From Kofleriaceae bacterium (lineage in GTDB: Bacteria > Myxococcota_A > Polyangia > Haliangiales > Haliangiaceae), in assembly GCA_965215005.1 (NCBI GenBank), contig CBDCCZ010000003.1, positions 1 to 64,000 on the forward strand: a stretch of DNA of 64,000 nucleotides. Direction: 5' to 3'. Positions 31,086-40,357 of the stretch are shown piece after piece. The position numbers were made by a program, and so were the translations under genes. Each line of letters starts with the position of its first letter. Position 1 is the stretch's first letter. The notes beneath the pieces were generated by a model. That model was given only the letters and a program-made list of their open reading frames with translations. It did not search any database and had not been told where the DNA came from.

Positions 31086-34000
31086 TCACGGCGATGCATC
31101 TGGCGACACTCCAATGACGAGCTCGATGCGGTCGTTGACCCGCGCCGCCCCGCGCTGCCCAACTGGCATCAGCGGCTGCGTGGAACCCGCGCCTTCACTG
31201 CTCAAACGCTCAGCCGCGATTCCCCACTGCACGAGCCACTCGCGCACCACCTCGGCGCGCTGCTCCGCCAGCGCCTGATCGCGCCTGCCGCGCGGATGGA
31301 CGTGGGCGACGACTCGCACCTGCTCGATGTCCGCGTGCGCGCGAAGCGTCGCAGCAACCTGGCCAAGCAGGTTGAAACTTTCTGGCACGAGCTCAGCGGA
31401 CCGGCCGCGGAATCGAATTGGCTCAAACAGCTCGAGGCGCTCGGCGGTGACCATCACCAACACGTCGCCGGCATCGGGGCAGCCATCGTCATCGGCGTTG
31501 CCGTTGATGGTTTCCGCGGCGGTCGCACATTGATCGACGGCGTCGGGAACTCCATCGTGGTCATTGTCGGGGTCGGGGCAGCCATCCTGATCCTCGAACC
31601 CATCCTGATCCTCTTGCTCGCTCGGACAGCGATCGACGGCATCGGCGAGTCCATCTCCGTCGTTGTCGAGGTCGGGACAGCCATCGGTGTCCTCATAGCC
31701 GTCGATGTCCTCGGGCTGCCTTGGGCATACGTCGGCGGCATCACCGATGCCATCGCCATCGTCATCCTCTTCTGGGCAGCCATCGTCGTCGGCGAACCCA
31801 TCGCGATCTTCGGCGCGCGCTGGACAGCGATCGAGCACGTTGACGATGCCGTCGTAGTCGTCGTCGGCTTGCTCGCGCAATCGCCGACGCACCTCAGCGG
31901 TGAGAATCGGCTCGATTGGCTTGGCGCCCGGCGAGAACCGCACGCTCACGAGCGCGCGAAACTCTGCGACGCCAATTCCCGGCAGCAAGCCGCGGCCGCC
32001 CCCCGCCATGACCGCCAGCTCACGGGTCACGCGATAGCGAGCGCCGCCCAGCACCTCGAGCGGGCGCACGCCATCCGCGTCATCGACGAGCCCAACGCTA
32101 CCGAGCAGCTCGGCAACGGCGGTGAGCGCCGGCACCACCCGATACGCGGCGCCAAAGCCATAGGTGAGCTCACTGCCCTGCGTAACATCTCCAAAGCGAG
32201 TCGACTGCCGCGCACGTGCCCCGCCGTTGATCACCAGCTCTAGGCGGGTGGTCTTCACGCCCGCGATGATCCGCGCATGGGCGGTGGGATCGGGGCTGCC
32301 GGCGAAGGCGTCTTGCGAGTTCGTCGGAATCGTAAGCGTGACCGAAGCGGCGAGCGACAGCATGGGATTGGCTGCGATGAGCCCTTTGCCGTGCAACGCG
32401 ATATCACCCAGAGAAGTTCCTCCAGCGGGCTCGACGCCGCTGAACGTGGGAGCATCACCGCGTTGCACCAGCATTGGCACCATCGCCCCGACCTCGAATC
32501 GATCCAGGAGCGCGTAGGCGACCGCAAGCTCGGCTACCGCGCGCGAACGAACCGGAACGTCGGTCATTTCCGACCCCGCCTCTACTACCAGCGGGTTGTG
32601 TAGAAACCCCATCCCGAGGCTGAAGGCATAGGCGCCATCGGGTGCCACGCCGGGCGCCTCCACCGCGAACATCCCGCCTTCGACTGTCGCCGCGGCGCGG
32701 GTGTTTTGAAGCTCGAGGTTGCGGCTCACGTCGGCTCGCGCGAGCCCGTTCCCGATGGCCCACGCCGCCAACCCTGTTAGAATCGATAGCAGCAATTGGC
32801 GCCGCAGCAGCACCAATACCAGCAGCGCGAGCACGCCGCCGAGCCCGCCATCGCCGCCAACGCGGCACCCACCGCCGCGCACCTCGACCGCGATTGCCTC
32901 GCCGCGAACGCGGGCAAAGCTCACCCGCTCAGGATCATTGGCTAGATAGATCTCCACGAACACTTCGAACCCACCGGGACGTCGCGCAACGAGCTCGACA
33001 TCGAGGTCGACGCCAGTCATTGGCGGCAGCCCGAAATCGGGCCCGAGGCTCACAACTCGCGCGCCGATCGGCCGCTCACTCGTATCGACCACGCGCACCT
33101 GCCGAACCACATACGACTCAGTTGCATCCATGTTGACCAGTCGCAGCGCAGCACCGAGCTCGGAAAGGCGCACCGGGATGCCAACCCCAACCCGCCCAAG
33201 GTCGATGGCGTCGGCGGACAGCGCCACGTTCGGCAACACACCACGCCCCCGCAATGTCACCCTCGCCATCGGGGTATCGCGATCATCGCTGGTAAGAATC
33301 AGGAATGCCTCGAGCGGCGCAGCATTGGCCACCGACGGCGCGAACCCCACCTCGATCGACTCGGTCTCGCCAGGCGCAATCCGCAGGGTTGCCGCGCTGA
33401 GCAACACGAAGGCACCAGCATCGGCGCCCTCGATGACTATCTGAGAGATCTCGAGCGGCGCATCGCCGGTGTTGGCGACCCTCACCTGGGCTCTTCGCGG
33501 CTCGCTCGGGTTGCGCAGCGTCGGCTCGAACTCTACGACCGGCTCCGGCAATGACACGTTGCGATCGATTCCGCGACCCGTGAGCGGTATCGAGGCAAGC
33601 GCGCCACACGTTGCATCGGCCTCAATGATCAGCCGCGCCTCCGCCTCACCGGCGCTCGCCATCGTCGGGCGGTAGCGCAGCGCGATCGTGACGCTCGCCC
33701 CCGCCGCTAGCTCGAGCGGCAACGCCGGCGGCGAGGCGAGCGCATATACGCCAGCACCTCGGCCCTCGATGCGCAGCGCTCGCACGGTAAGGTCATCACC
33801 GGTATTGGTGATCGTAAGCTCTCGCGTAGCCGGATTTTCAGCCTGCACATCCTGAACGCCAAAGTCGACGACCGCGGCAGACACCGCCAGGTCGGCAGCA
33901 GTCCCAGTAACCACAGCGTCGGCCATGACGACCCGCTGACCGGTGATATCGGTGGTGATGGTCACCGTCGCGCGCCGTATCCCCACCGTGCGCGGCGCCG

Positions 34001-35261
34001 CCGTTAGACGGTACTGCGCGAGCTGACCTGGTGCGAGCACGGCGGGTAGGCTTACGGGCTCGAGGAGCTCGAGGGTGAAATCTTCGACATTGTCGAGCGC
34101 GATCGCGCCGAGCGTCCAAGCAGCGGAGCCGATGTTTTCGATCGTGAACGTCTGCGCCACCGGCGGCTCGCACACGCCGATGGCGCCATAGTCGAAGCTT
34201 TGCGGCGTAACCCGCACGGCAGTGCCAAGGCCGGTTCCAGACAGCACCACGCTCTGCACCCCATCGGCCAAGCCGATGTTTAGCGCCCCTTCAAACTCGC
34301 GGGCAGCCGTCGGCGTGAAGGTAACTCCCAAGCTGGCCGTGGCACCTGGCACCAGCACCAGCTGCCCCGGAGGCGTCGTGAGCGCAAACTCCGCGATCGA
34401 GGTCGCAATGGACTCGATAGTGACAGCGGCCTCGCCGTCGTTGCGCAGCATCACCGGCACTTCCTGGGAGGCAACGCCCACCGTCACCCCGCCGAACATC
34501 ACCGCCGCCGGCGTCACCGTGAGCCCTGCGGTGGCCGTAGCAGTGACGGTGATGACCTCGAGAGGCTCGACGGGGTCATTGGCTCGCACCGTGATGGCTC
34601 CGTCGCGCACGCCGGCGGCTAGCGGCTGATACGTCACGACGAGCGCGGCGGTTTCGCCAGGTTCGAGGAGCAACCCGAGGCCGGGGTCAAAGCCGCTCAC
34701 GCTGAAGTCGGCAACGCCTGCATAATCGACAGCGTCGATCATGAGTGGACTATCGCCGGTGTTGGCGAGCTCCACCGTCGCCGTACGCATCGCGGAGCCG
34801 ACCCGAGCCGCCCCAAAGACGACCGCTTGCGGCGAGACGCTGAGCTCGGGCGCCGAGCCTATGCCAGTGACGGCAACGGCAATGGCTTGATCCATCGGGT
34901 CGGGGTCGTTGTTAGGCAGCTGCACCGAGCACGACCGAGCGCCGCGGGTGGTGGGCGTCAGCTCTACGCGGTAATCCACTGCTTCGCCATTGGCCAACCG
35001 CTGCGGCGCGGCTGGAGTGATCGCTACATCGAGGCAGTCGCCGCTAAGCTGCGGTGTGTCGATGCGCAGGGGCCCGGCATCGAGATTCTCCGCGCGCACC
35101 ACCGCAATGCGACTGTCTCCTACCGCGACCACGCCGAAGTCGACAGTCATTGTCGATAGCCGTATGTCGTCGGCTAGCGCCGTGCGTTCGCCAGCGGCAA
35201 GCGCCACAAAACACGACAGCGCGGCGGCCCAACGCGCAAACGGGGCAAAGTGAGTCATCAT
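31086..35261 (-). CDS. Large surface protein: seven Ig-like (ASH/choice-of-anchor D type) repeats, internal MYXO-CTERM, beta-barrel, TSP3 repeats, OmpA-like domain
   Basis: Signal peptide (ALA-D); repeats of V.P..V.FG.V.VG...N.G...L.I; GGGC..hydrophobic..RR; DxDGDG...D.CP...ED.DGF.D.DGCP repeats; C-terminal RA..V..WL...GIAAERL..G.G...P..N.RIE. Confidence 0.88.
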   Translation of the reverse strand: MMTHFAPFARWAAALSCFVALAAGERTALADDIRLSTMTVDFGVVAVGDSRIAVVRAENLDAGPLRIDTPQLSGDCLDVAITPAAPQRLANGEAVDYRVELTPTTRGARSCSVQLPNNDPDPMDQAIAVAVTGIGSAPELSVSPQAVVFGAARVGSAMRTATVELANTGDSPLMIDAVDYAGVADFSVSGFDPGLGLLLEPGETAALVVTYQPLAAGVRDGAITVRANDPVEPLEVITVTATATAGLTVTPAAVMFGGVTVGVASQEVPVMLRNDGEAAVTIESIATSIAEFALTTPPGQLVLVPGATASLGVTFTPTAAREFEGALNIGLADGVQSVVLSGTGLGTAVRVTPQSFDYGAIGVCEPPVAQTFTIENIGSAAWTLGAIALDNVEDFTLELLEPVSLPAVLAPGQLAQYRLTAAPRTVGIRRATVTITTDITGQRVVMADAVVTGTAADLAVSAAVVDFGVQDVQAENPATRELTITNTGDDLTVRALRIEGRGAGVYALASPPALPLELAAGASVTIALRYRPTMASAGEAEARLIIEADATCGALASIPLTGRGIDRNVSLPEPVVEFEPTLRNPSEPRRAQVRVANTGDAPLEISQIVIEGADAGAFVLLSAATLRIAPGETESIEVGFAPSVANAAPLEAFLILTSDDRDTPMARVTLRGRGVLPNVALSADAIDLGRVGVGIPVRLSELGAALRLVNMDATESYVVRQVRVVDTSERPIGARVVSLGPDFGLPPMTGVDLDVELVARRPGGFEVFVEIYLANDPERVSFARVRGEAIAVEVRGGGCRVGGDGGLGGVLALLVLVLLRRQLLLSILTGLAAWAIGNGLARADVSRNLELQNTRAAATVEGGMFAVEAPGVAPDGAYAFSLGMGFLHNPLVVEAGSEMTDVPVRSRAVAELAVAYALLDRFEVGAMVPMLVQRGDAPTFSGVEPAGGTSLGDIALHGKGLIAANPMLSLAASVTLTIPTNSQDAFAGSPDPTAHARIIAGVKTTRLELVINGGARARQSTRFGDVTQGSELTYGFGAAYRVVPALTAVAELLGSVGLVDDADGVRPLEVLGGARYRVTRELAVMAGGGRGLLPGIGVAEFRALVSVRFSPGAKPIEPILTAEVRRRLREQADDDYDGIVNVLDRCPARAEDRDGFADDDGCPEEDDDGDGIGDAADVCPRQPEDIDGYEDTDGCPDLDNDGDGLADAVDRCPSEQEDQDGFEDQDGCPDPDNDHDGVPDAVDQCATAAETINGNADDDGCPDAGDVLVMVTAERLELFEPIRFRGRSAELVPESFNLLGQVAATLRAHADIEQVRVVAHVHPRGRRDQALAEQRAEVVREWLVQWGIAAERLSSEGAGSTQPLMPVGQRGAARVNDRIELVIGVSPDASP

Positions 35262-35406
35262 GTACAAAGCTCCAGCGCGAGGGAGCGAGTGCTACAACTA
35301 ACAACCGCGCAGCGCGCCAACGATGACTCTATCTTGCAGACCCACGATGCGAAAGCCATGCTGTGGTTCGTCGCACAGCCAACCTGTGGAAAGTATAGGA
35401 GTTCCG

Positions 35407-35436
35407 TTGACTGTACTCGCGTCGCGATGCTACCCT
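35407..35436 (+). promoter_or_regulatory. Possible sigma70-type promoter of the TPR-ABC operon
   Basis: TTGACT-N18-TACCCT with an extended -10 TG; GGAGG RBS downstream. Confidence 0.4.
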
Positions 35437-35487
35437 GCAACGCGTCTGAGTTTGTTATCAATCACTCTCGCGTGCATGGAGGAGTAG

Positions 35488-36480
35488 GTGGATCAGAGTC
35501 CACAGTCGCTTGGCCATGCCTGGCAGCGTGAGCTTAGACGCGGGCTCGAATGCCTGCGAGAGGGTCACTACAGTCGCGCCGAAACCCACTTTAGTCGCGC
35601 CCACACCCTCGCCCCCGACTGCCCCGATGCCTGCTACGCGCTTGGACGCGAGCGGCTCCGCGCAGGATGCTTGGGTGACGCTGAGCTGCTGCTCCGCCGC
35701 GCGTGGTCACTGGATACGTCCCTCCTCTCGGCAGCGTGCACTCTTGCCCGCTGCTTGGGGTTGCAACGAGGTAACTACGAGGCCGCGTTTGCAGTGCTAG
35801 ACGAGGCACGCTCCCACCATCCAAACGATGCGGCCCCGCGGATCGTTCGCAGCGAGCTGCTCGTGGAACAGGGTCGGCTTGCGGAAGCAGAGCATGAGGC
35901 GACGGCCGCGCTGGAAATGGTCGAGCTTCGTTCGAGTGAAGCCGACGCGGCGCGGGCAGTGCTAGCCAGAGCAGTCAACCATCGCGGAATGGAGCTGGCA
36001 GCGCGAGGAGATTTCGAGGCGGCGCTGTTTGCATTTCGCCGGGCCAGTGCTCTCGACGCCGCATGGGCCAAGCCGCACGCCAACATGGGGGCGGCGTTCG
36101 TGCGTTTAGGACGCGTGCAACAGGCGCGAGAGTGTTACCGGCGCGCCATCGCCCTCGAGCCCGACGAAGCCGCGGTTCACTTCGACCTCGGCGTGCTGCT
36201 CCGCCAGATGGATGATAGCGATGCCCGCACCGAGCTTGCGCGCGCCGTGGATCTCGACCCCAGCCAAGCCGTGTGGTGGACCGAGCTCGGCTGTGCTCTT
36301 GCTGATTTGAATCAGCGCGAGGAAGCCGAGGCCTGCTGGCGGCAGGCACTCGCGCTCAACCCACAGCACGCCCCCGCCTGTCGCAGGCTAGCCGATCTGC
36401 TGGTTCGCGAGGCGCGGTATCTCGAAGCTGCGGTGCTCGCCCAGCGCGCGGCCGACCTGACACCGGAACAGCAGCAATGA
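35488..36480 (+). CDS. Tetratricopeptide repeat protein
   Basis: Multiple 34-aa TPR units (A..YRRAIALEP..A.VHFDLG). Confidence 0.88.
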   Translation: MDQSPQSLGHAWQRELRRGLECLREGHYSRAETHFSRAHTLAPDCPDACYALGRERLRAGCLGDAELLLRRAWSLDTSLLSAACTLARCLGLQRGNYEAAFAVLDEARSHHPNDAAPRIVRSELLVEQGRLAEAEHEATAALEMVELRSSEADAARAVLARAVNHRGMELAARGDFEAALFAFRRASALDAAWAKPHANMGAAFVRLGRVQQARECYRRAIALEPDEAAVHFDLGVLLRQMDDSDARTELARAVDLDPSQAVWWTELGCALADLNQREEAEACWRQALALNPQHAPACRRLADLLVREARYLEAAVLAQRAADLTPEQQQ

Positions 36481-36848
36481 GCGGCGAAAATGACAGCGGA
36501 ACCCGACCTGTCGCCCCCACCTTTCCCGGTGCGGTGCGCCTCACCAGCGAACGCGCAAAGCAGCTTTTGCGTGCTCGGTTTGCCGCCGCGGGCGTGGAGC
36601 TCGAAGCAGACTATGAGCTCCATGAAGGCGAGCTCGCGGTGACGCTAGAGGCCTTCGATCCCCGTCGCCGCATCGGATTTGCATATATCACCGACGGCGT
36701 GATGGAGGTTCGAAGCGAGCTCGACACTGCCCTTGCCGAGTTAGCGCGCCAACACAAGGCATGGGTACTCGTGGTTCATGATGCCGACATTCCCAACGCG
36801 GACGTGCTCGAGCGCCGAATCGACGCCTTCTTTCAGCAATTGCCCTGA
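36477..36848 (+). CDS. Hypothetical protein
   Basis: ATGA overlap with the TPR gene; alpha/beta pattern. Confidence 0.7.
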   Translation: MSGENDSGTRPVAPTFPGAVRLTSERAKQLLRARFAAAGVELEADYELHEGELAVTLEAFDPRRRIGFAYITDGVMEVRSELDTALAELARQHKAWVLVVHDADIPNADVLERRIDAFFQQLP

Positions 36849-37567
36849 TCGAATTTCGTAACATTGGCGTGACGCTTGGCGGCCGCACCGTCATCGATGG
36901 GCTCTCGCTTGCCGTCGAAACCGGCCGCACCACTGTGCTCCTCGGTCGCAGCGGCTCGGGCAAGACCACCCTGCTACGGCTCGTAAATCGCCTGCTAGAG
37001 CCAGGGCGCGGGCAGGTGCACATCGATGGCCGCGCGAGCGGTGCCTGGGACGTGATCGAGCTGCGTCGACGCACCGGCTACATCATTCAAGACGCCGGTC
37101 TCATGCCCCACTACACCGTAGCGCGCAACGTCGGACTGGTGTGTGAGCTGGAAAACTGGCCTCGGCCGCGCATCGAAGCGCGGGTTCGGGAGCTCCTCGA
37201 CTTTGTGTCCCTGCCCTATGATGCCTATGGGCAGCGCATGCCGCACCAGCTCAGCGGCGGCGAACGTCAACGCGTCGGTGTCGCGCGAGCTCTCGGCGTC
37301 GATCCGCCGGTGCTGCTGTGTGATGAGCCATTTGGTGCCCTCGATCCCATCACTCGAAGCGAGCTCGCGCGCGAGTTTCGCGCCCTGGCGAAGCGGCTCG
37401 GCAAGACTATTCTGTTCGTCACCCACGACGTTCGGGAAGCCTTGGCGCTGGCCGATCGCATCGTGCTCTTGCATCGCGGCCGCATCGCGGTCGACGCTAC
37501 CGCCAGCGAGTTTCGCAATAGCAGCGAACCCACTGCCCGCGACTTCCTCGCCAGCATCGAGCCATGA
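36845..37567 (+). CDS. Osmoprotectant ABC transporter ATP-binding subunit (start CTG 36845 or GTG 36869)
   Basis: GRSGSGKTT, LRRRTGYIIQ, QLSGGERQRVGVARAL, DEPFGALDPITR, VTHD. Confidence 0.92.
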   Translation: MIEFRNIGVTLGGRTVIDGLSLAVETGRTTVLLGRSGSGKTTLLRLVNRLLEPGRGQVHIDGRASGAWDVIELRRRTGYIIQDAGLMPHYTVARNVGLVCELENWPRPRIEARVRELLDFVSLPYDAYGQRMPHQLSGGERQRVGVARALGVDPPVLLCDEPFGALDPITRSELAREFRALAKRLGKTILFVTHDVREALALADRIVLLHRGRIAVDATASEFRNSSEPTARDFLASIEP

Positions 37568-38238
37568 ACGATTTTCTAAGCTACTTGCGCGCCAGCCAAG
37601 CAGAGCTGGCGACCCAGCTCGTGCGCCACCTCGAGCTCGTAGCACTCGCCTTGACTCTCGCCGTGATCATCGCCGTGCCAGCCGGCATCATCGTCGCCCG
37701 CCGAAGCCGAGCACGGCGCGTGATCATCGGCGGCGCCAACGCCCTCCAGACCATTCCCAGTTTGGCGCTCTTCGGCCTCCTCATCCCGCTGCCGCTCATC
37801 GGTGGCATCGGCGTCCGCACCGCGGTCATCGCGCTGATGCTCTACGCCCTTTTGCCGATTGTAAAAAATACCGTCACCGGGCTTCTCGGCGTTGATCCCG
37901 CCGTCCACGAAGCCGCGCGAGCTATGGGCATGACGCGTCGCCAGCTGTTGCGTCGCGTCGAGCTGCCGCTGGCGATGCCGGTGATCCTCGCTGGCGTTCG
38001 CATCGCCGCGGTGATCACCGTGGGCACCGCGACCATCGCCGCCGCCGCTGGCGCCGAAGGCCTCGGCGTGTTCATCTTTCGCGGCCTCGAGACTACCAAC
38101 AACAATGCGCTCTTGATCGGAGCCATTCCAGCCGCGTTACTAGCACTCTTGCTCGATGGACTTCTCGCGCTCCTCGAACGGCGGCTCGATGTGCTACGAC
38201 CCCGCCATGGCAGTCATCCGCCAGAATCGTCTCTCTAG
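37564..38238 (+). CDS. Osmoprotectant ABC transporter permease
   Basis: QTIPSLAL, YALLPIVKNT, EAARAMGMT..VELPLA. Confidence 0.92.
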   Translation: MNDFLSYLRASQAELATQLVRHLELVALALTLAVIIAVPAGIIVARRSRARRVIIGGANALQTIPSLALFGLLIPLPLIGGIGVRTAVIALMLYALLPIVKNTVTGLLGVDPAVHEAARAMGMTRRQLLRRVELPLAMPVILAGVRIAAVITVGTATIAAAAGAEGLGVFIFRGLETTNNNALLIGAIPAALLALLLDGLLALLERRLDVLRPRHGSHPPESSL

Positions 38239-39112
38239 GCGCACGTTTCTGGCCGGAGCAGGCGCGCTGAGCGCGTATTGCTTGGGCGGTTGCAAGAACA
38301 CCGCAGACCTCACGTTCGGCTCGAAGAACTTTCAAGAGCAGTGGATCCTCGCCGCGCTGCTAGCGCTGGTCGTCGAGCAGCGGACCAAACGCAGCGCCCG
38401 CACCCGCGACCTCGGTGGGACGTTCTTGTGTCATGAGGCGCTCCGCAGTGGCCAAATCAATAGCTACGTCGAGTACACCGGCACTGCATACACCGCGGTC
38501 CTCAGACAAGAACCAATTGCCGATGCCCACGATGTCTATGAGCGCGTCAAGCGCGCCTATGCAGACAAATTCGACGTCGTCTGGCTTCCACCGCTTGGCT
38601 TCGGCAACCCCTTCGCGATCGTCGTTCGCCGCGCCGATGCCAAGCGCCATCGACTAGTCGCGATATCCGATCTCACAAAGGTCGCAACCGACTTCCGCCC
38701 CGGCTTTGGCTTTGAGTTCTACGAGCGCGCAGACGGCTATCCGGGTCTCATCGAGACATACGACTTGCGCTTTGAGCAGCAGCCCTTGCAGATGCGCCTC
38801 AGCCAAACCTATCAGGCACTCGCGCAGGGCGACGTTGACGTCATCGCCGGCAGCTTCACCGATGGCTTGATCGAGCACCTCGACCTGGTCGTTCTCGAAG
38901 ATGACCGCGGCTATTTCCCACCTTACGAAGCCGCTCCCCTGGTTCGGAAAGCCGCGATGGAACGCTATCCCGAGGCCATTGCCGCCATCGCCTCCTTGGG
39001 TGGGACCATCACCGCCAAAGCGATGCGACGAGCCAACCTGCGTATCGACCGCGATAGCGTTCACCCCACCACCGTCGCCCGTGAGCTGCTCGCAACGCTG
39101 CCCAGCGCGTGA
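38207..39112 (+). CDS. Glycine betaine/choline-type ABC substrate-binding lipoprotein (Tat-like signal)
   Basis: SRRTFL and LGGC; GSKNFQEQ, EYTGT, EFYERADGY, LEDDRGYFPPY. Confidence 0.9.
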   Translation: MAVIRQNRLSRRTFLAGAGALSAYCLGGCKNTADLTFGSKNFQEQWILAALLALVVEQRTKRSARTRDLGGTFLCHEALRSGQINSYVEYTGTAYTAVLRQEPIADAHDVYERVKRAYADKFDVVWLPPLGFGNPFAIVVRRADAKRHRLVAISDLTKVATDFRPGFGFEFYERADGYPGLIETYDLRFEQQPLQMRLSQTYQALAQGDVDVIAGSFTDGLIEHLDLVVLEDDRGYFPPYEAAPLVRKAAMERYPEAIAAIASLGGTITAKAMRRANLRIDRDSVHPTTVARELLATLPSA

Positions 39113-39155
39113 ATACCGCTATGGACAGCGCGTCGCCCCGTGATACACGAGAAGC

Positions 39156-39467
39156 GTGGTCCCCCGCCTCGGCCTGCTCCTGGCTTTACTCGGCGCGCTG
39201 CTAGCGCCAAGCAGCCGTTGGAACGCCGAAGGCGCGGCTCACGACAGCCACCCGCTGACCGCAGCGACCGAAGTCAGTGCGCTCGCCATCGTCGCCCTCG
39301 CCGATCCAAGTAGCGATCGGTCTCTGCCGTCCGCCGTTGTGCCGCGACGCCTCGCGTGCCCCTCACCGTCGCGACCAGCCCTTGGGGCCTGCCACCCCAA
39401 CGTCTCTGTGGCCGTCACCCTCGCGGCCCTCGCCCCTCACCGCGCCCGCGCTCCGCCCCGCGCATAG
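39156..39467 (+). CDS. Small exported protein ending in a RAPP motif, candidate arrest/leader peptide
   Basis: Basic-hydrophobic N-terminus; C-terminus HRARAPPRA-stop. Confidence 0.6.
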   Translation: MVPRLGLLLALLGALLAPSSRWNAEGAAHDSHPLTAATEVSALAIVALADPSSDRSLPSAVVPRRLACPSPSRPALGACHPNVSVAVTLAALAPHRARAPPRA

Positions 39468-39565
39468 CACCAGACCTCGGCGAATCATCACCTTCCGCAA
39501 TGTTGCGGGGGGTTGGTGATCGACGTGCGTCACGACCACAACGCTATGTCACGCGGAGCAAATTC

Positions 39566-39820
39566 ATGACTACCAACGAAAACGCCTCATCTGCGCCAGG
39601 TGAACCCACACTAGAAGAACAGAAACAATGGAAGCGCCACGAGCTGCGCTTCAACATCTTCTCTGCCCTCCTCCTCCTGCTCATCGCCGGCGTCCTCTTC
39701 GGCACCCTCGGCGAGAGCATGCACTCCGGCCAAGACGATACCCAGCGTCCGGCGCTTACCGCCAAGGCCCGCCCCCCTGCTTCCCACTCCCCCGCTACGC
39801 CCCACGCCACACGCCATTAG
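39566..39820 (+). CDS. Small single-TM hypothetical protein
   Basis: GGAG RBS, ATG 39566, one TM (FNIFSALLLLLIAGVLFGTLG). Confidence 0.65.
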   Translation: MTTNENASSAPGEPTLEEQKQWKRHELRFNIFSALLLLLIAGVLFGTLGESMHSGQDDTQRPALTAKARPPASHSPATPHATRH

Positions 39821-39875
39821 CCTCGCCCGGCAGCCCCTGCCAGCGATTCGCTTTGACACCTGACACACCTTCCGC

Positions 39876-39903
39876 TTGACTACTCACCCCTCGGCAGCAC
39901 AAT
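39876..39903 (+). promoter_or_regulatory. Possible ssrA promoter
   Basis: TTGACT-N16-CACAAT ending 37 nt upstream of the tmRNA 5' end. Confidence 0.4.
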
Positions 39904-39940
39904 GTCGCAATTCGGCCGCGCGCCGAGCGTTCTGTGACAA

Positions 39941-40303
39941 GGGGGCGAGCTGGTTTCGACGAGGATGTCGAGGCTCGAGCTGCGTGTCGTGGCGCCCGAG
40001 GCCACGTAAAAACGGGCAACCATGCAACTGCGAACGATAACGCTGTTGCTCTCGCTGCCTAACTAAAACGGGTAGTGACGGCGCTGCGGAGCCACCGCCT
40101 GAGGCCCCGTAGCGCTGCCAAACAACCAGGCTGGCCTGCCGGGAACGATCGTCGCCCGGCAGGCGAGATTCAGGACGAACTAGTCGTTGCGGAAGGTTGT
40201 CGATGGCCGTCCGCAACAACGAAAATCAACACACCGACTACACACGTAGACGCCCGTTCGGAAGCATCTTCGGACCCGGGTTCGACTCCCGGCGCCTCCA
40301 CTA
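39941..40303 (+). ncRNA. ssrA: tmRNA; tag peptide (A)ANDNAVALAA at 40030-40062
   Basis: 5' GGGGGCG..GGTTTCGAC; T-arm CCGGG-TTCGACT-CCCGG; acceptor stem CGCCTCC-A with G3-U wobble; tag ORF ending LAA-TAA; 3' end reads CTA rather than CCA. Confidence 0.97.
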
Positions 40304-40357
40304 TTATTGCGATTTCGTGCAGCCGTCCGGTTATTGCGATTTCGTGCAGCCGCCCGG
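40304..40357. repeat. 27-bp tandem duplication abutting the tmRNA 3' end
   Basis: TTATTGCGATTTCGTGCAGCCGTCCGG then TTATTGCGATTTCGTGCAGCCGCCCGG (one mismatch). Confidence 0.92.

Noticed and set aside
40270..40303. Stand-alone tRNA gene
   Set aside because: The T-arm and acceptor stem belong to the tmRNA, pairing with 39941-39947; there is no anticodon arm
40304..40357. Mini-CRISPR or attL/attR pair
   Set aside because: The two 27-bp copies are directly adjacent without a spacer and do not duplicate the ssrA 3' end
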